Shown: positions 58,260 to 64,000 of the stretch, piece after piece
Layout: each line of letters begins with the position of its first letter
Numbering within the stretch: position 1 is the first letter of the stretch
Assembly: GCF_009914755.1 (NCBI RefSeq)
Contig: NC_060948.1
Length of the DNA: 64,000 nucleotides
Source of the DNA: the human T2T-CHM13v2.0 reference genome, Homo sapiens
Reading direction: 5' to 3' (one strand)
Translations under genes and position numbers: made by a program
Notes under the pieces: generated by a model
Seen by the model: only the letters and a program-made list of their open reading frames with translations
Database searches by the model: none
What the model was told of the DNA's origin: nothing

Positions 58260-60935
58260 TTTATACTCAGTGCTTTTGGGTTGGGTTTGTCTATTGCATT
58301 TTACTATTATGGAATGCCTTCTTTCTCTTAAAAAAAAACTACGTGGATTTTAAGTTTGCTTTGCTAGAAACTAGGATTGCATCACCTCCTTTTTTCTGTT
58401 TTCCATCTATTTGGTAGATTTCTCTTTTTTCTTTATATTTAGCTTAATTGAGATGAGTGTCTAGATTACAGAATACCATTAGATCTTGATTCTTTACTCA
58501 ACTTGCCACACTGTTTTTTAATTGGGGCATTTAGCCCATTTACAGTTATGGTTAGTATTCATATGTGTTGATTTGATTCTGCCACCACGATTTTAGCTGG
58601 CTATTTTGCACATTTGTTTTGTGGTCGCTTTAGAGTGTCAGCAGTTTATTTACTTTGGTGTGTTTTTGAAGTGACTAATTACAGGGTTTTTTTTTTATTT
58701 AGTGTTTTCTTCAGAAGCCCTTGTAAGACAGGTCTTGGGTAACAGATTTCTTCAGCGTTTGCTTATGTGAATAGGATCATATTAATTTTTTTCACTTCTG
58801 AAGCTCCCTTTGGTTGGATATAAGCTTACTTTGGTCTCGTGGGAAGCTGCAGTATGGGGAAGAAACATGTGGACTGGTGGAGTCATAGGGGCTGTATTGC
58901 TGAAGCTCTTCAGGGATCAGGCATGGCCCACCAGTACCGATGCTATGGTATGGGATCCCAGGGTAACTGAGACTGCCCTGTAAGAACCTGTGGCCAGAAT
59001 AGGTCCCTATAAGAGGCCAGGAGACCAAGGGGTATTCAATTGGAACAATTTCTTCTGATTTGCAAGACCATCCTGCAAAAATTAGGTCCAACAATTTTTC
59101 TAGGGCTAAAGCCTCTTATGGGAGAAAGTTGAACCTAGAGAAGTGGCCATCACTGGCAACATATTACTACAGATGCTCTTGCACCAACACTCTTGACACC
59201 ACATGAGGTGGCTTGCTGCCCCTTCTTTGCTTGGCTTCTAGGGGCTGCATCTCAGAGAGATGTAGGTCAGCAATCCCTTACTACAGACAGCCCAGGATGG
59301 AGGATCTCTGCTTTTGGCCAAGTTTGGTGTTTACTGTCTTGTGAGGAGCAATAGGTAGCTTGTGGAACCCATGGAGGGTGGACTGGCCCTCACTCTTTGG
59401 GTAAAATGCAGCTTGTTTGAGGTGTAAATAAGGTACCTGGGTTTTGAATTTTTCATTAGTCTGAGAAGCATAGCAAGGACAGTTCTAACACAGAGATAGT
59501 GGCAGAAATATTTTCAGTTACTCCTAGAGGCTGTGTCCAGGAAGTTGCTAGGTTGCTGCAGGCTCAATATCCCTGCCAATGATTGGCTAATGGCCGAGAC
59601 CTGGAGAGTCTGCACAGTGAGAATGTGTGAGAACAGGTGCTCATGTAACAGTATGGCCACTTTTCTAAAGGGCTGCTGCAGTATGTTTTGTGTCCACTGC
59701 AGTTTCTGGTCACCTCAGGTTTTACAGAATCTGAAGCTGTCCCACTGAATGCTGAAAAACAGCAACAAAGGCAGTATGCCCCATTCTCTGGAAGCTCCAT
59801 CCCAGGCAGGTATAGACCTGTTTCCAGCCCAAAAGCACCTGAAGGAGATAGCTGGAACCCCTCTTCAAATGTCTTACCCAGTGAGGAAAACATAATTCGG
59901 GACCCACTTAAGATAGCAGTCTAGCCACATTTTTGTAGGAGAGCTCTGCTGTGCAGAGGTATCACTTTCATCCCTTGTTTATTTGGATTCTCCAAAGCCA
60001 GAAAGCTGGAACAGCTAAGTCACAAAAACAGCAAAAGTGGCAGCTCACTCTTCACTCTAGGAACTATACCCCGAAGAGGTTTCAAAATTCCATAAATCAA
60101 ATAACACTGGTGGTGGTAGCTGGACACCCTGTTTGGGAAGTTCTTTTCAGTGAGGAGGAAGAGTTTGGGGACGTGCTTTACCAGGCAGACTGGTGGTGTC
60201 ATTTTAGAGCACCTGTACGGTGCTATAGATCCTTGCTGCCCCAGTCAGCTTAGGCTTTTCAAAGCCTGAAGGCTGGGATGGCTATGTTGTTGAAACAGCA
60301 AAGATGGAGGTCCACTCCTGTTTCTGGTAGCTCCAATTCAGAGAGATACAGCGCTGCTGCCAATGATTGGCTGGAATTCTAAGCCAGTAGATCTTACTCT
60401 ATGAGGCACTGTGGAAGTGGGTCCTACAGACTGTCACTGCTCAGGTCCCTGGATTCTGCCTATTTCCTATAGGTATGTATATGGGTATAACCTCCTGCTT
60501 TGCTGGCGTTGCAGCTACTTTTTCTGGGAATCCTGGAAAGCCAGAGTATCTGTGGCTCTGCAACACGCCAGTGCAGTTGCTATGCTGAGACTCCAAGTAG
60601 CTCTATGTGTTAGACTAAAGGCCTTGGTAAAGTAGGTTCCTCAGGGAGTCTCCCCATCTGAGGATTAAAAAGATGTGTGGGAGAATTGTAGGTTCCCAGG
60701 GTCACACATGCACTTACTGCTTTACTGGATGGGGAGGTTCTCTTGGCTCTATGTCTTTTCTGGGTGGCCCATTGTTCGGCCTTGCTCTACTCTCCACAAG
60801 TTGTTTATTTGATTATTCTGAAGGCAAATACCTGGATATTTCATTTGAAGGTGCTGTATTTATGCACGCCTTGCATTTTTCTCTGTGAGAACTACAGGGT
60901 CTAGCTGCTCCTAATCTGCAATGTTGGTCTCTTTC
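58260..60935 (-). mobile_element. Older LINE-1 (L1PB-like) fragments: ORF1/ORF2 junction plus 5'-UTR region
   Basis: 58340-58830 resembles the antisense ORF1-ORF2 junction of the other L1s (aaactaggattgca, ttttagctggctattttgc, cttgtaagacaggtct); 58830-60935 is GC-richer with ~270-bp internal modules. Confidence 0.65.
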
Positions 60936-60974
60936 CTCTAAAAGAAACCTACTTTTTTATATGAAAATAATTTA

Positions 60975-61290
60975 AGCTGGGCACAGAGGCTCATGTGTGT
61001 AATCCCAGGATTTGGGGAGGTCAAGGTGGATAGATCATGAGGTCAAGAAATCAAAACCATTCTGGCCAACATGGTGAAACCCCATATCTACAAAAAACAA
61101 ACAAAAACAAAACAAAACAAAAAAAACTTTTGAGCATGGTGGTGCACACCTGTAGTTCCAGGTACTCAGGAGTCTAAGGCAGGAGGATTGCTTGAATGCA
61201 GGAAGTGGAGGTTGCAGTGAGCCAAGATCACACACTGCAGTCCAGCATGGCAACAGGGTGAAACTTTCTCTCATAACAAACAAATAAAAA
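60975..61290 (+). mobile_element. Alu (AluS-like, diverged)
   Basis: gctgggcacagaggctca...ggccaacatggtgaaacccc...gaggttgcagtgagccaagat; expanded (AAAAC)n linker. Confidence 0.92.
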
Positions 61291-63221
61291 TTTAATATTT
61301 TTTCAAAAGCAACTATTGATGGAATTTAAGTCTTATATTTGAAGCTGTGTGTTCATTTCTAGAATTTATGTGAAAGAGCATGGTCAATGGTCCCTGCACT
61401 AGATTTAAGAGAGGTTCTTCTATATTAGATTGACAGATTTATATACTTTCATATGGAAGATTAAGAAAACTGAAATCTAAGATACATGAAGAAATTCTAA
61501 GTGGAAAGTCTACTTAGTGGTTGGGTATCATAAGTGCAGTATCATAAGTGACAGGATGATAGGAGTGTGAAAAGTAACCAGAATAATATTCTGCATAGTA
61601 AGAGAAACAATTTGGATTTTAGAAGGAAATTGCTTTACCATTTGCAGATTAAGATAATTAAAATACAGTGAATTTCAAAATGCCTTTTTAATGGCAATGT
61701 GTAAACTTAATTTTTTTAATTGAAGAAAATATTTGTGAATGTAATAATGCTACTTTACATTGAATTTTTATCTTGCCACTGATGTTACTTATCCCATTTT
61801 ACCCATGGTTGTAGGTAACAGATGGTAACTATATTCTATAGAATTACACTGAAATAATATCTCTCATGATTCCTTTGTCAGTGGTCTTTAACTTAAAATA
61901 ATTTGAAGAATATGGTTCCTACAATTTATATTTTTGTTTTTCTTGTAACTACAGATTATTGTGATGGTTGTTATGAAGATTTGGAATATAATAGACCTAT
62001 ATGCTTTAATTCTGAATTCTGAACAACTATTTGCAAAATTTTATCCTACTTCTTTTTTTTAACTGATGACTTCTCTGGTCTGCTAAACATATTCATACCT
62101 TTATTTTTTATTTAAATGGATGTAAATATACAGACAAATCACTGTAAAATAAACTTTGTATGTAACAGCTTTATAGAGAATACTCATATTTGTTTGTGAT
62201 TGTGTACCTACTTTGAGAAGCAAAGAAAAATATTAGAATAAAACACATAATTTTACATGTCTTGATAACTTACCAGCAAACCGGAAACTTCAAAGATTTT
62301 GAAAGCAAATCTATTTTCTCTGCCTTGTATTAATCCCGTTTACCAAAAATGTTATTGCTCTTGTCTTAGAAACATCTTGTGCACATTCTCCTTTTTTTGT
62401 CTGTTTGCTTGTTGCTCACTATAGACATAATATATACATTTATTTTAGTCTAATTTCATAAAGCATTCCTTGTATAATTTTCTCAGAGATGATGAATGTG
62501 ACTTTGATAAAATTTAATGATCTTCACAAAATAATTTTTACATGTAATTTCATGGTGTGTGTATTATTGTATGCTATTTATTTAGTACATTTTTTATTTT
62601 ATTTCAATTTGAGAATGCTATTTAATCCAATTTTTATTTATTGTTCATTTTACATTATGAACTTGATATAATTGAGTTTATTAAACTTATTAGGCCAATT
62701 TATTCAAATTAATAGTTGAACATTTATTAAGTCATGAGGTCCTTTTGGCATATACATGAAGTAAACAAGATAATACTAGCTATATAATAGAAGCTACATA
62801 ATTAGAAATAAATATTCTTCTTGAAATTAGCCAGTAGACTCAGATGAAAATAAAAATGTCTATAGTATGACATGAATTCTGCATATGAAGTGAACAAAAT
62901 TGTACCACTGCTGCACAGTTGACTCTCACAATTGAAACAAATTATAGAGTTGGACATACTATAAAAACTAAGTTAAAATCTTGTAAAATTTTTAAATTGC
63001 ATTTCTACCTTTAAACATCTACTGAGTGAGGTAGAGGGCATGTCTATTTAATCAAACCTGGAATGGCTAATACATGTCAATACTGTGCACCACAGGTATC
63101 AAAACCTAAAATTCCCGAAACCCTTTCCCTTTAGATTAGCAAAATATGATTTTAATCTCCCAACTCTATATTGTGTCTTAGACAAAATTACTAGGCCATT
63201 TTTTTTACATTTGATTCTGGA

Positions 63222-63510
63222 TTTTTTTTTTTAATGGAGTCTTGCTCTGCCACCCACACTGGAGTACAGTGGTGTGATCTCAGTGCACTACAACCTCCAC
63301 CTCCTGGGTTAAATTGATTCTTCTGCATCAGCCTCCTAAGTAGATGGGACTACATGTGCCCACTGCCATGCCTGGCTAATTTTTTTGTGTTTTTAGTAGA
63401 GACGGGGTTTCACCATTGTTAGACAAAATGGTTGATCTCCTGACCTTCTGATTTGCCCATCTCAGCCTCCCAAACTGCTGGGATTACACGTGTCAGCCAC
63501 CACGCCAAGC
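63222..63510 (-). mobile_element. Alu (AluS-like)
   Basis: Poly-T, atggagtcttgctctg...ttttagtagagacggggtttcacc...ccaccacgccaagcc. Confidence 0.93.
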
Positions 63511-63822
63511 CTTGATTCTAGATCTTGACACATCCTATCCTCAACTTAATTTCTCTGAGGATAGAAAAACTGTGTGATATGGAATAATAATACCAAACAT
63601 TTGTTATAAACAAAGGATATTTTATTTCTGCCCTGCTGTCCTGGCCTCTTAGAATCATAGCTCTTCTTAGAAACTGGCAGAATCAGCCTTCTGTTCAGGG
63701 TAAATTTTGGGCAATTATGTGACATATGAAGGCTGGTTTCATTGCACCAGGTACTAAGAAAACCTGCTTCTGCCAGAAGTAAAATCCAGTAAGTTTTTTT
63801 TTTTTTTAATATAAATTGGTGA

Positions 63823-64000
63823 TTTTTTTTTATTATACTTTAAGTTTTAGGGTCCATGTGCACATTGTGCAGGTTAGTTACATATGTATACATATGCCAT
63901 GCTGGTGCACTGCACCCACTAACTCGTCATCTAGCATTAGGTATATCTCCCAATGCTATCCCTCCCCCCTCCCCCCACCCCACCACAGTCCCCAGACTGT
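63823..64000 (-). mobile_element. 3' end of a young LINE-1 (L1PA2/3-like), continuing past the right edge
   Basis: tttttttattatactttaagttttaggg...cactaactcgtcatctagcattagg...ccccaccacagtccccaga; lacks the L1HS-Ta ACA diagnostic. Confidence 0.93.

Overview
Primate genomic DNA, very probably human because it carries an intact 968-bp LTR5_Hs. No intact protein-coding gene is visible. The core is a ~42-kb block (6130-48175) of diverged ~70-bp beta-satellite-like (BSR-type) repeat. It is organised in ~4.8-kb higher-order units and flips orientation once, at ~19570. The block is interrupted by a full-length L1PA, two HERV-K-family solo LTRs (MER11, LTR5_Hs) and Alus. To the right is a decayed C2H2 zinc-finger exon resembling ZNF736, with no KRAB exons upstream; this fits the ZNF736P-type pseudogene/satellite duplicons of chrY or the chr7 pericentromere (location inferred). 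The main structure not explained by repeat annotation is an old inverted duplication, 4970-19560 versus ~38000-54560. Its arms preserve each other's pre-insertion sites and predict a mirror ZNF copy just left of the window. Nearly all tracked ORFs are L1, Alu or satellite fragments. I see no evidence of a new functional system; the findings concern genome architecture and retroelement mechanics. Subfamily calls are from memory of consensus sequences, not from searches.
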